From contig CAYZJH010000001.1 of the NCBI GenBank assembly GCA_964478625.1, positions 76,588 through 140,587 on the forward strand: a stretch of 64,000 nt of DNA, written 5' to 3'. The translations under genes were made by a program, and so were the position numbers. Positions 38,700 to 47,078 of this stretch are shown here, in pieces. This stretch comes from an uncultured Desulfobacteraceae bacterium (GTDB taxonomy: Bacteria; Desulfobacterota; Desulfobacteria; Desulfobacterales; SKZT01). Each line of letters starts with the position of its first letter. Position 1 is the stretch's first letter. The notes below the pieces were generated by a model. That model was not told the origin of the DNA, ran no database searches, and worked only from the letters and a program-made list of their open reading frames with translations.

Positions 38700-39116
38700 C
38701 TATTTAGGCTCGGTAGGATACCTTGATCGATGCCACTCGTGCCAACCTCCTTTCAAAGCGTACACTTTTTCAAAACCCCTGTCATTCATTTGCTTCGCCA
38801 CCCAGGCGGAGGTTCCTTCGCCAGGTCAGGCGCAATACAGAATATAAGTTTTTCCAACATCATAATTATCTATCCAATCTTTCAAATTAGCCGGGTCTTC
38901 GTGGACAGCACCGCTGATTTTTATATCACTTGCCCTCCAGTCACTGCCTGACCTCACATCTAAAAAAATTACATCCGGATTATCCATCATCTCCCGAGCT
39001 TCCTCCTTGGTCATACGAGGAATTTCTTTTGCCCATATTTCCTGTGATGCCGTGATCACAGCCACCATCACCAACAGCGGCAAGATGATCAAAGCTTTTA
39101 TCCTGATAATGCTCAT
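38700..39116 (-). CDS. Secreted single-domain rhodanese (sulfurtransferase) with an in-frame TGA at codon 97, a probable selenocysteine (YCA-U-PGEG active-site loop).
   Basis: The ORF track stops at TGA (38828..38826) after ...GKTYILYCA. The same frame continues PGEGTSAWVAKQMNDRGFEKVYALKGGWHEWHRSRYPTEPK to TAG (38702..38700), which completes the rhodanese fold. The signal peptide is MSIIRIKALIILPLLVMVAVITASQEIWA. A GC-rich hairpin follows the TGA. Confidence 0.65.
38793..38825 (-). promoter_or_regulatory. Candidate bacterial SECIS-like stem-loop immediately 3' of the in-frame UGA.
   Basis: The mRNA reads UGA-CCUGGCGAAGGAACCUCCGCCUGGGUGGCGAAG. CCGCC pairs with GGCG around a UGGGU loop at +15..+33. 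An alternative pairs GGCG at +4..+7 with CGCC at +18..+21. Folded by eye only. Confidence 0.4.
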
Positions 39117-39165
39117 ATCATTTTCCTTTCTTTCTTGGTTACACGATATTTCGATCGCCCTGGCA

Positions 39166-40455
39166 TCAACATCCTGATCTCAAAAAGATCGTTCTGAAAG
39201 CCGACAATACAATAAAAACGAAAACTAAAATCAACGCTATCAGCATATCAGGATCGGTAACCAATAGAACAACCGTCCCTGACATAAAAGTCGCTGCTGC
39301 AACAATTCCAGGCAGCACCAACCCCCTGTTTTCCATTTTAACCGAACCTGAAATTTGCCGAATTACATAAAGATTTAAAATTCCATGTGAAATAAGCCAA
39401 AGATAAAAAGCACTCCGACAGAGTGTTTCAGTGAAATTTTTACCCGCCATCCCCGCGATCAGCATGCTCAGAATACCAATGGACAAAATAACCATGATCA
39501 TATTTCCCTGTAAAACTTTTTTGGTCAACATGGAAAAAATTTGTCCGGACCTGGCCTTGGAAACTACAACAGAGGAAACACCCATCAATAGAGTGTTGAC
39601 GGAAGCAAAGCTTCCGGCAAGGATTGCTATTCCCATTATCTTACGGCCAGTTTCACCTGAGATAGCACGGGCAACGACAGAATGAGGAACAGTGCTGTCT
39701 GAAAGACGTTGTGAAGACGCAAAGTTCATGGAAACATTTCCCCAAAACCAAAAAACAGCTACGACCGCAATAATTGCCGTTATGATGGAAATCAATACAA
39801 AGGATGATCGCTTCTGGTAGGCTGCGTCATAATAATAGGCCAGATCAGCAGCCATAAAAAGCCAGAAAAGCAATGCCATTGACCTCCAATCCACATAAGT
39901 TGGTTGCACCACCTCATGAATTTCAGAAACCTGATTTGCACGGTTCAAAAACCCCAAAGCTATTAATATGAGCATCGACACGACGAAAACAACAACTGCC
40001 CATTTCTGAATGTGCCTTGAGGCATCAGGAATCAAAAAATTCAAAGCAACGATGAATATGAGAAAACATATGGAAAAAAGTAGATTCGGAAACCAATAAA
40101 AAAAAATTTCATTCAGGGCATATCCAGCCATGGCCAGGATAAGAGTCGATGCACCAATGCAAAAGGGAATCAGGGAGGAAAACTGCAATGTCGTAAAAAA
40201 CCATCGTAAATCGACTTTATTGATCGTAATTTTCTCATTGAAATCTGGTGAATTCAAAAACCAGAAATATAAGTATGCAGTCCACAAGTGGATCACGGCA
40301 ATACAGGGAAGCGCCCACAGAAACCATTTCCCTAAATTCCCCGCACTGTTGCCCAAAATTACAAGAGACAAAGGAGATATCATAAACCCTATGGCTATGC
40401 TTGTTGTCGTAAAAAAACTGGTTTGAGGCATATTGGGCTCGTTCATTGGAATCAA
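39166..40455 (-). CDS. Polytopic membrane permease, probably APC-superfamily-like; substrate unknown.
   Basis: 429-aa ORF with about 12 hydrophobic segments. It resembles amino-acid/polyamine-type permeases only loosely (e.g. VARAISGETGRKIMGIAILAGSFASVN). It ends 49 nt upstream of the rhodanese gene. Confidence 0.55.
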   Translation of the reverse strand: MIPMNEPNMPQTSFFTTTSIAIGFMISPLSLVILGNSAGNLGKWFLWALPCIAVIHLWTAYLYFWFLNSPDFNEKITINKVDLRWFFTTLQFSSLIPFCIGASTLILAMAGYALNEIFFYWFPNLLFSICFLIFIVALNFLIPDASRHIQKWAVVVFVVSMLILIALGFLNRANQVSEIHEVVQPTYVDWRSMALLFWLFMAADLAYYYDAAYQKRSSFVLISIITAIIAVVAVFWFWGNVSMNFASSQRLSDSTVPHSVVARAISGETGRKIMGIAILAGSFASVNTLLMGVSSVVVSKARSGQIFSMLTKKVLQGNMIMVILSIGILSMLIAGMAGKNFTETLCRSAFYLWLISHGILNLYVIRQISGSVKMENRGLVLPGIVAAATFMSGTVVLLVTDPDMLIALILVFVFIVLSAFRTIFLRSGC

Positions 40456-40543
40456 TACCTTCGATTGTCAGTTTCCCTCCAGGATCCAGGCATGTCTTTT
40501 TAATCAAACGATATCTTTACATTTGGACTTGATCCTCTGGTTG

Positions 40544-42493
40544 TCAAGCTGACCCTTTGTTTTCATTTTTTTTCAATAATACGAAGATATCTCCTTCAAC
40601 AGGTTTGTCGTTTTCTTTTCTCAACACAACAGGGCTATGATGGATGATTTGGAATCCTTTTTTTTCAGAAAGAACCCTGATGTATTTGCCTGCGTGAGCA
40701 AAGCGCCCTGTAGAACGTAAGCGATAGCCTTCCTCGCGGAATCGTTCCGTTGAAAATACAAAACACCCCCCATGAGTTATTCTGTTTTTGAGGTTTGAAA
40801 ATAATGGTTCCAAGTCACCCATATACACGAGAACATCTGCTGCAATCACCAAGTCAAATGTTTCACTGCTTTCCCCTAAAAATTCATTAATTTCTGAAAC
40901 ATGTAATTGGTTGTAAATATTTTTTTGTTGTGCGACACCAATCATGTCCGGCGAAATATCCACACCCACCATATATCCAGCGATATCATGAAAAACTTTT
41001 CCAGCCAAACCGGTCCCGCATCCCAAATCCAGAACATGTTTAAATTTCATATCCTTTCCGACAGATTGATCCAAAGCCTTTCGGAGAAGCTGCGGTGTCT
41101 GGTAGGAAAGTTTGCAGGTCAAATGGTTTTCAAATCGTTTTGAATATTGGTTAAAAAGCTCTTTGACATATTCCGGCGGTGCGTTTTTGGGGTTTTCTCC
41201 CGCCAATGCGGCTGCCATGTATTTGGCGGAGTGATTGCCTGGATCAAGCTGAGCAGCTTTTTGAAGCGCCGACAAAGCTTGACTTGTCTGTCCCATTTCA
41301 ATCAATGTGGTCCCGATATTGTGATAGGCATCGGCATATCCTGGAAAAAGTTTGGCTGCCTGGTTAAAAGCTATAAGAGCCTCCTGAAGTCTTCCCCGGG
41401 TTTTAAACAAGATACCGATATTCTGAAATACATGGGGGTTGTTTGGTTCCAGAGATATTGCCGTTTGATAGGACTTGAAAGCCTCTTGATTTTTTCCGGT
41501 TGCGCTTAAAGCGACCCCGAGGTTGTTATGGGTTTGGGGATGTTTCGGGTCTATTTCAATGGCCTTTTTATAAGCTTCAATGGCTTCTTCGATCCGGCCT
41601 TCGCTTTTCAGGGCAATTCCCAGGCTGTTATAGGCCTCTGCAAATGCAGGTTTTTTTTCAATGGCTTTTTCAAACTCTTCAATAGCCTCCGCCATTTTTT
41701 TATTGGCAAGCAGGTAGTTTCCATAACGATGATGAGCTTCGGCCGAATCCCTCGCCAAAAGTACGGCTTTTTGAAACGCCGCAGCAGCTTCGGCTTGTTT
41801 ACCTGCCGACTCAAAAGCAGCACCTAAATTTTGATAAGCTTGAACATTTTCAGGATCTGTTTGAATGCATTTTCTAAACTCTTCAACAGCCTCTTGAATT
41901 TTTCCCAGAAAAAGGAGTGCTTTTCCCAACCGGTTGCGGGTTTCCACCATGTCCGGTTTTTTATCCAAAAATTGTCTGAGTACTAAAATGGCCTCTCCCG
42001 GTTGATCATGCTTCAACAATATCCCGCTCAGGTTATGGCAAGCCTCGATATTTTCGGAATCTAAATCAAATGCTTTTTGAAATGCGTCGATGGCCTCGGA
42101 AATTTTACCCGTTTTACTGAGCACTTTTCCCATCATGTTGTAGGTTTCCGGATTTTTGGGATTCAGAGCAAGAGCTGTTTGAAAAGCATCTAATGCATCA
42201 GCGGCATCACCCATGGCACAGAGCGCAAGGCCCAGATGATTGTAAAAATAATCTCTTTCCGGTGCGCTGTGAATGGCTCGGGAAATCAATTCAGCTGCTA
42301 AACCGGGATTCTTGTTTCGGTAATAAATGCCGCCGAGCAGGTAAAGGGCATCAGGATTTTCCGGATCAAGGTCTAACAATTTTTCATAAAGAAATTGAGC
42401 TTCAGTGAATTTTCCATCCTGATTCGCAGCAATTGCCTTATCCAGCAACTCTTGTATTTTCATCTCTTTTTGTTCCATGTCCTTCTTTTTCAA
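40544..42493 (-). CDS. TPR-repeat protein fused to a C-terminal class I SAM-dependent methyltransferase domain.
   Basis: 649-aa ORF. About 12 TPR units fill residues ~10-430. The C terminus has VLDLGCGTGLAG (motif I) and DLVIAADVLVYMGDL. Confidence 0.8.
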   Translation of the reverse strand: MKKKDMEQKEMKIQELLDKAIAANQDGKFTEAQFLYEKLLDLDPENPDALYLLGGIYYRNKNPGLAAELISRAIHSAPERDYFYNHLGLALCAMGDAADALDAFQTALALNPKNPETYNMMGKVLSKTGKISEAIDAFQKAFDLDSENIEACHNLSGILLKHDQPGEAILVLRQFLDKKPDMVETRNRLGKALLFLGKIQEAVEEFRKCIQTDPENVQAYQNLGAAFESAGKQAEAAAAFQKAVLLARDSAEAHHRYGNYLLANKKMAEAIEEFEKAIEKKPAFAEAYNSLGIALKSEGRIEEAIEAYKKAIEIDPKHPQTHNNLGVALSATGKNQEAFKSYQTAISLEPNNPHVFQNIGILFKTRGRLQEALIAFNQAAKLFPGYADAYHNIGTTLIEMGQTSQALSALQKAAQLDPGNHSAKYMAAALAGENPKNAPPEYVKELFNQYSKRFENHLTCKLSYQTPQLLRKALDQSVGKDMKFKHVLDLGCGTGLAGKVFHDIAGYMVGVDISPDMIGVAQQKNIYNQLHVSEINEFLGESSETFDLVIAADVLVYMGDLEPLFSNLKNRITHGGCFVFSTERFREEGYRLRSTGRFAHAGKYIRVLSEKKGFQIIHHSPVVLRKENDKPVEGDIFVLLKKNENKGSA

Positions 42494-42507
42494 AATTCAC
42501 TTCTCCA

Positions 42508-44115
42508 TCAATGTTTAAAAAATCCTTTTCCCGGCGGAGCATAGTTCCTTTGAATGATTTTCCGGTAATCATCCTGTTCTTTTTCCCATCGTTCGTCATC
42601 CCAACCCAAAGTATGCTCGCAAAGACTTCGGATTCGCTGCATGTGATTTTTTGCTCCGCCCGGTAAAATAAGTCCGATCCGCACTCTTCGAAGAAGCAAA
42701 TCTGCAAGGTGGCGAACGTGTTCATATTTGGAAGCATAAGGCAACTCCGCCCATATTGTGGGCGTATCCGGTATCAGTTCCAAATCTTCAGGTGACGCTT
42801 CCCGGACAAGTTTTTCAGCACCATTTCCATACCTGCCCAATAAACGACGCTTGGTTTTTTCCGAAAGGTTTACATTTGTGGAAAATTCGCCGACAGCATT
42901 TGAAAATAAAGGGTTTTGGGTATGGAGGGAAGGAATAAAGGAAATGTAAGATCGGCACAAATTGAGAACATCCCACGCAATTTTTCTGAATGTTGTCAGT
43001 TTTCCTCCTGCAACAGAGATTAGGCCCTTGTCAGTTCGCAAAAAGTGTTCTCTTGACTCTGAAGACGGATCCTTTTGGGTTTTACTGAATACGGTTCGAA
43101 CACCTGCAAAAGTTGAAATGCAGTCATCGCAGGTAATTTTTAAGGAAGGGAAAAAAGCCTGTACGCCCCTGATCAGATAGCTTATTTCCTTTTCAGTAAT
43201 TTTTGGAGAATCGACCTGAGTTTTCGGATGCTCCAGGTCGGTTGTGCCGAACAAAACAACACCTTCCCAGGGAATCGTAAATACAAACCTTCCGTCTTCA
43301 GGGTGCAGGCAACTGATGGCGTGTGAAACCGGAAGTCTTTTTGATGGAAATACCAAGTGGCTCCCTCTGAGCAAACGGACATGGAAATCAGTTCCATCAA
43401 GCGGATGAAGGTGATCGGTCCACGGGCCTGTGGCATTTACGACAACGGAACTCCAAAAATTGTCCGAATCCGAAATTTCAACATCCTCGGCACCAACTCC
43501 CACAACATTTCCTTGACGATTCCGATGGATTTTTTTAACCCGGACATAATTGGCCGCTGCTCCGCCATTGGCGATACCTTCCTGAATGAGCCTCAATACC
43601 AGCCTGGAATCATCAACCTGAGCGTCATTGAAACGAAATCCCCCGATAAGTCCTTTTGAACAAAGATAAGGTTCTGAATGTATAATTTCTTTCGAACTAT
43701 AAAACCGATGCTGGTTTTTGAGCGCCATAAGGTCATAAACCATCATCCCCAGTCCTAACATCCACTTACCGGGGGTCTGATTTTTAAACACCGGCAAAAA
43801 GAATCCCAATGGTTCCACAAGCCCCGGAGCTTCTCTGAGGAGTCTTTGCCGATGAACCACTGAGGTCCGGGTCAACCCCAATCTGCCTTGCCCGAGATAT
43901 CGGAATCCGCCATGGACCAGTTTGGAAGATCGGCTCGACGTACCCCAGGCAAAATCATTTTGCTCCAAAAGAAGTGTTTTCAGGCCAAGCTTTGTGGCTT
44001 CGTGGAATATCCCTGCTCCAGAAATACCTCCCCCAATAACAATTATATCCCATTGTTTAGGAATATCTCTTCCTTTAAAGTGTATCATGGATTGATTGTC
44101 TTTCCGTATTATCAC
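42508..44115 (-). CDS. FAD-dependent glycerol-3-phosphate dehydrogenase-like oxidoreductase (GlpD/GlpA family).
   Basis: 535-aa ORF with the dinucleotide fold DIIVIGGGISGAGI, plus GTSSRSSKLVHGGFRYL, characteristic of GlpD. The start is either GTG 44115 or ATG 44088. Confidence 0.8.
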   Translation of the reverse strand: MIIRKDNQSMIHFKGRDIPKQWDIIVIGGGISGAGIFHEATKLGLKTLLLEQNDFAWGTSSRSSKLVHGGFRYLGQGRLGLTRTSVVHRQRLLREAPGLVEPLGFFLPVFKNQTPGKWMLGLGMMVYDLMALKNQHRFYSSKEIIHSEPYLCSKGLIGGFRFNDAQVDDSRLVLRLIQEGIANGGAAANYVRVKKIHRNRQGNVVGVGAEDVEISDSDNFWSSVVVNATGPWTDHLHPLDGTDFHVRLLRGSHLVFPSKRLPVSHAISCLHPEDGRFVFTIPWEGVVLFGTTDLEHPKTQVDSPKITEKEISYLIRGVQAFFPSLKITCDDCISTFAGVRTVFSKTQKDPSSESREHFLRTDKGLISVAGGKLTTFRKIAWDVLNLCRSYISFIPSLHTQNPLFSNAVGEFSTNVNLSEKTKRRLLGRYGNGAEKLVREASPEDLELIPDTPTIWAELPYASKYEHVRHLADLLLRRVRIGLILPGGAKNHMQRIRSLCEHTLGWDDERWEKEQDDYRKIIQRNYAPPGKGFFKH

Positions 44116-44130
44116 GATTTCGGTAAAATA

Positions 44131-45780
44131 TTAATCTGTCAATTTTCCGGGATTCATTTGTTTTTCAGGATCCACATAAGAATATAGGGTTCGAATCAGA
44201 TCAATGCCCAGCTTTCCTTTTTCTGCAGAAAGGTATGGGAGATGATCCACACCGATTCCATGCTGGTGGCTGATCGTGCCATGGGAATGAAGAATTTCCA
44301 GGCTTGCAGCTTTTTTCAAGATCTTCCATCGAGACAGCGTTTGTTCAGGTGTATCAGCCAAGCGAAACAAAAATGTCGTGTATATATTTGAACCTGTGGG
44401 ATATACGTGAGAGAGGTGCGAAAAAGTGAATACTTTTTCACCGCATGAAGAAAGCCCTCGCTTGAGAGCTGTTTGGATATTTTCCATTGTGGAAGTAACC
44501 TTGTCCCAATTAACAGCTGTCTCAAGGGTATCCACGGCATACCCCATGTCCCATAAAGTATTTCTGAGATAGGGGGCTAAAAAACGATTTTTTTTCCATG
44601 CTTCACCCATGATTTTTCCTGCCCAGACTCCCCTGAATTTTCGGATTTGTGAAGACACCTCCTTAATACTTTGTGAAACCATTCCTGAAGACCCGGCAAA
44701 ACCAATAAGCGCCATACAAATACCTTGATTAGGAAACCCCCGGATTTTGAGATACTTGTTTAAAATCCAAACCCAGGGTTTGTGACCGGCTAAAGACATA
44801 TTTGTTTCAGTCTCCCGGGGATTGCTGAGCCGCATCATGGAAATGGGAATTCCTTTGCCCATAATTTCTCTTACAAATTCCAAAGCATTTTCCCAAAAAG
44901 GGAAAAAAACTCCATAGACAACATCTCTTTGGGGCAATCCAGAAACCTTAACCGTAACGTGGGTTAATATCCCCATCCTTGCCTCGGAACCCAAGACCAG
45001 ATGTTTAATATCCGGACCGGCAGCGGAAGACGGTATCGGATGAATATCGATTTTTCCCCTTGGCGTAATCACCTGACCTCCCGCAAAGAGCCCGCCAATA
45101 CTCCCATACTTTAAAGATTGCTGTCCGCTGGAGCGTGTCACGACCCACCCACCAAGAGTCGAAAATTCAAAAGATTGTGGGAAGTGTCCCAAGGTAAACC
45201 CCCTTGGATTCAAATGTCTTTCGATTTCAGGTCCTCTTATACCTGCCTCAAATGTTGCAAGTCTCGTGTAGGGATTAAATGCAACCATACGATTAAAGCG
45301 TTCGAGAGAAATGATTAAGACGGGTCTTTTGCCGCCGGGAACGGTCAAGTGACCGACAACGGAAGTTCCACCTCCATATGGGATTATAACTACCCCGTGC
45401 TTTTTTGCATAACACAGCAGGTCTCTGATCTGTTGAATATTTTCGGGAAATGCAACACCATCCGGAAATCGGTTAAGCATCCCACCACGCAATCCAATCC
45501 AGTCAGGAAGGCTCTGTCCATGAGCGTGATAGAGTCTTTGTCGTGGTGAAGTATCGATCAAGAAATTGGCTTCAAGCCGAGATGGTGGGACTTTGGATAG
45601 ATATTTGTCCAAAGAATAGTCTTTCTGACTTTTTCCGGGTCCGATTGCATCGGAAAGCATAGATTTTGCTTCTACCGGAATATCAACACTAACATTTTCA
45701 TATCCCCATCCGTTCCAACGCAGCTTTTCAATTTCATCCCTCATCTGTTTTCGCAATCCTTTCCAAGGCCGATTTCGCAT
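44131..45780 (-). CDS. FAD-linked oxidase resembling alkyl-dihydroxyacetonephosphate synthase (AGPS).
   Basis: 549-aa ORF. The N-terminal RWNGWGYE motif, HAHGQSLPDW, the FAD-binding PCMH region (IIPYGGGTSVVG) and C-terminal SHQHGIG fit my recollection of AGPS-type enzymes. Confidence 0.7.
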   Translation of the reverse strand: MRNRPWKGLRKQMRDEIEKLRWNGWGYENVSVDIPVEAKSMLSDAIGPGKSQKDYSLDKYLSKVPPSRLEANFLIDTSPRQRLYHAHGQSLPDWIGLRGGMLNRFPDGVAFPENIQQIRDLLCYAKKHGVVIIPYGGGTSVVGHLTVPGGKRPVLIISLERFNRMVAFNPYTRLATFEAGIRGPEIERHLNPRGFTLGHFPQSFEFSTLGGWVVTRSSGQQSLKYGSIGGLFAGGQVITPRGKIDIHPIPSSAAGPDIKHLVLGSEARMGILTHVTVKVSGLPQRDVVYGVFFPFWENALEFVREIMGKGIPISMMRLSNPRETETNMSLAGHKPWVWILNKYLKIRGFPNQGICMALIGFAGSSGMVSQSIKEVSSQIRKFRGVWAGKIMGEAWKKNRFLAPYLRNTLWDMGYAVDTLETAVNWDKVTSTMENIQTALKRGLSSCGEKVFTFSHLSHVYPTGSNIYTTFLFRLADTPEQTLSRWKILKKAASLEILHSHGTISHQHGIGVDHLPYLSAEKGKLGIDLIRTLYSYVDPEKQMNPGKLTD

Positions 45781-45886
45781 CTACTTAAACCCATCCAGCC
45801 ACAGCACCTTGTCTTCGAACAGTGATTACCCTTGTGTTGTCTAACAGAAAATATCATCTTTGAGATGTGATACACCTTTTTTGCAT

Positions 45887-45922
45887 AAAAAAAGGGCCTT
45901 TTAGGTAAAAAGCCCTTTTTTT
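45887..45922 (-). terminator. Rho-independent terminator after the HEAT-repeat gene.
   Basis: AAAAAAAGGGC(14 nt)GCCCTTTTTTT. The stem is followed by a U-run on the minus-strand transcript, 22 nt after the stop codon. Confidence 0.8.
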
Positions 45923-45943
45923 CTGATCCAGTCGTTTAACTCT

Positions 45944-46822
45944 TCACAGTTGACTCATAATTTTTTTAGCAGCTGCCTGAACGTCCAAATCGGGGTCTGC
46001 ATACATTGCAGCAATTTTTTTCTTAAAGTTGATTATCCGAGTCTTATCAGCCTCTGCAATACATTCCAACGCAAGAAGTCTAATCCGTGAATCTTCATCT
46101 TTGAGGCAACCGATATATGCGTCCAGGTGCTCCTCGGGTTCGGTTAATGCCTTCAGTAATACAAGGGCATCATATCGAAGTTCGGGATTGGAATCATTTA
46201 AATAAGTTAGATACACATCTATGACTTCATCTTGTTTTGAAGTCAAATGCCACAGGTTAAAAAGAATACATCTTTTCTGCTCCAGAGCCCCATATTTCAA
46301 TCGATCAGATAGTATCGTAAAAACGCGGTCATCTCCAAGGTCGGTCAATGCGTTCACAGCTGCCTGCATCACATCCAAATCCGAATCAAACAAAAGGGAG
46401 ATCAATGGTATTGCCGCTTGAAAATTACCATTCCAACCCAGGGCACTTGCAGCGTACATGCGCAACTCGGCGTCATTACTTTCTAAATCTATTAAAAGTT
46501 GGTCAATCAGAGCTTGGGTTTTTTTTAGCGTGGGAAAAATTACCCGAAGCTGTATCGCGGCAATGTATCTTATTTCTTCATTTTCCTCGCTATCGGATAG
46601 CATTCTGTAAAGCGGCCAGGCAATTTCCTCTTTAGCTGAGCTTCCTAACATTAAAATGATTTTCTGCTTAATGGCGTTGTCTGCATATTTCAAGGCATTG
46701 AGCAGTAACGGAATTGCAGCTTCCCGATCTTCTAAAAACAATTCTTTGGATTCAAGAAACTTATCCACTTTACTGAGAACACGCTCCCCGGGATTAAACG
46801 GAATTACATTGATTTGTTTCAT
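45944..46822 (-). CDS. HEAT/PBS-lyase-like repeat protein.
   Basis: 292-aa ORF of repeated ~30-residue helical units (e.g. DAELRMYAASALGWNG; DLDVMQAAVNALTDLGD; DSRIRLLALECIAEA). Confidence 0.7.
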   Translation of the reverse strand: MKQINVIPFNPGERVLSKVDKFLESKELFLEDREAAIPLLLNALKYADNAIKQKIILMLGSSAKEEIAWPLYRMLSDSEENEEIRYIAAIQLRVIFPTLKKTQALIDQLLIDLESNDAELRMYAASALGWNGNFQAAIPLISLLFDSDLDVMQAAVNALTDLGDDRVFTILSDRLKYGALEQKRCILFNLWHLTSKQDEVIDVYLTYLNDSNPELRYDALVLLKALTEPEEHLDAYIGCLKDEDSRIRLLALECIAEADKTRIINFKKKIAAMYADPDLDVQAAAKKIMSQL

Positions 46823-47078
46823 GATTTTTTCGTATTTGTTTTTATTTCAAATTCAGGCATTCTCAGGAAACATTAATAAACATTCTTTTCAAAATTTTAA
46901 ATCATGATTTTTTATACAACAAATTTATAAATTATCGCAAGATTAAAAAAATTGATTACAATCAGGTTTGGGCAACCTAAACAGAATGGTTCTTACTGGT
47001 TTATATGGCAAATACAATCCCCAAAAAAGCCGCAGCTATGATTTACTCGGCTTTTAGACTTTTGAGGAATAAAATAGT

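Noticed and set aside
38730-38951. 73-aa plus-strand ORF overlapping the rhodanese locus.
   Set aside because: It is antisense to a frame with a clear rhodanese signature on the minus strand. It has low-complexity composition and no RBS. It is best explained as a shadow ORF that happens to cover the read-through region.
47026-47060. Hairpin AAGCCG(15 nt)CGGCTTTT just upstream of the SpoIIE-phosphatase start.
   Set aside because: It has a 6-bp stem with a large loop and only a short T tract. No upstream gene on the plus strand needs a terminator there. It is too weak to call an attenuator or sRNA end.
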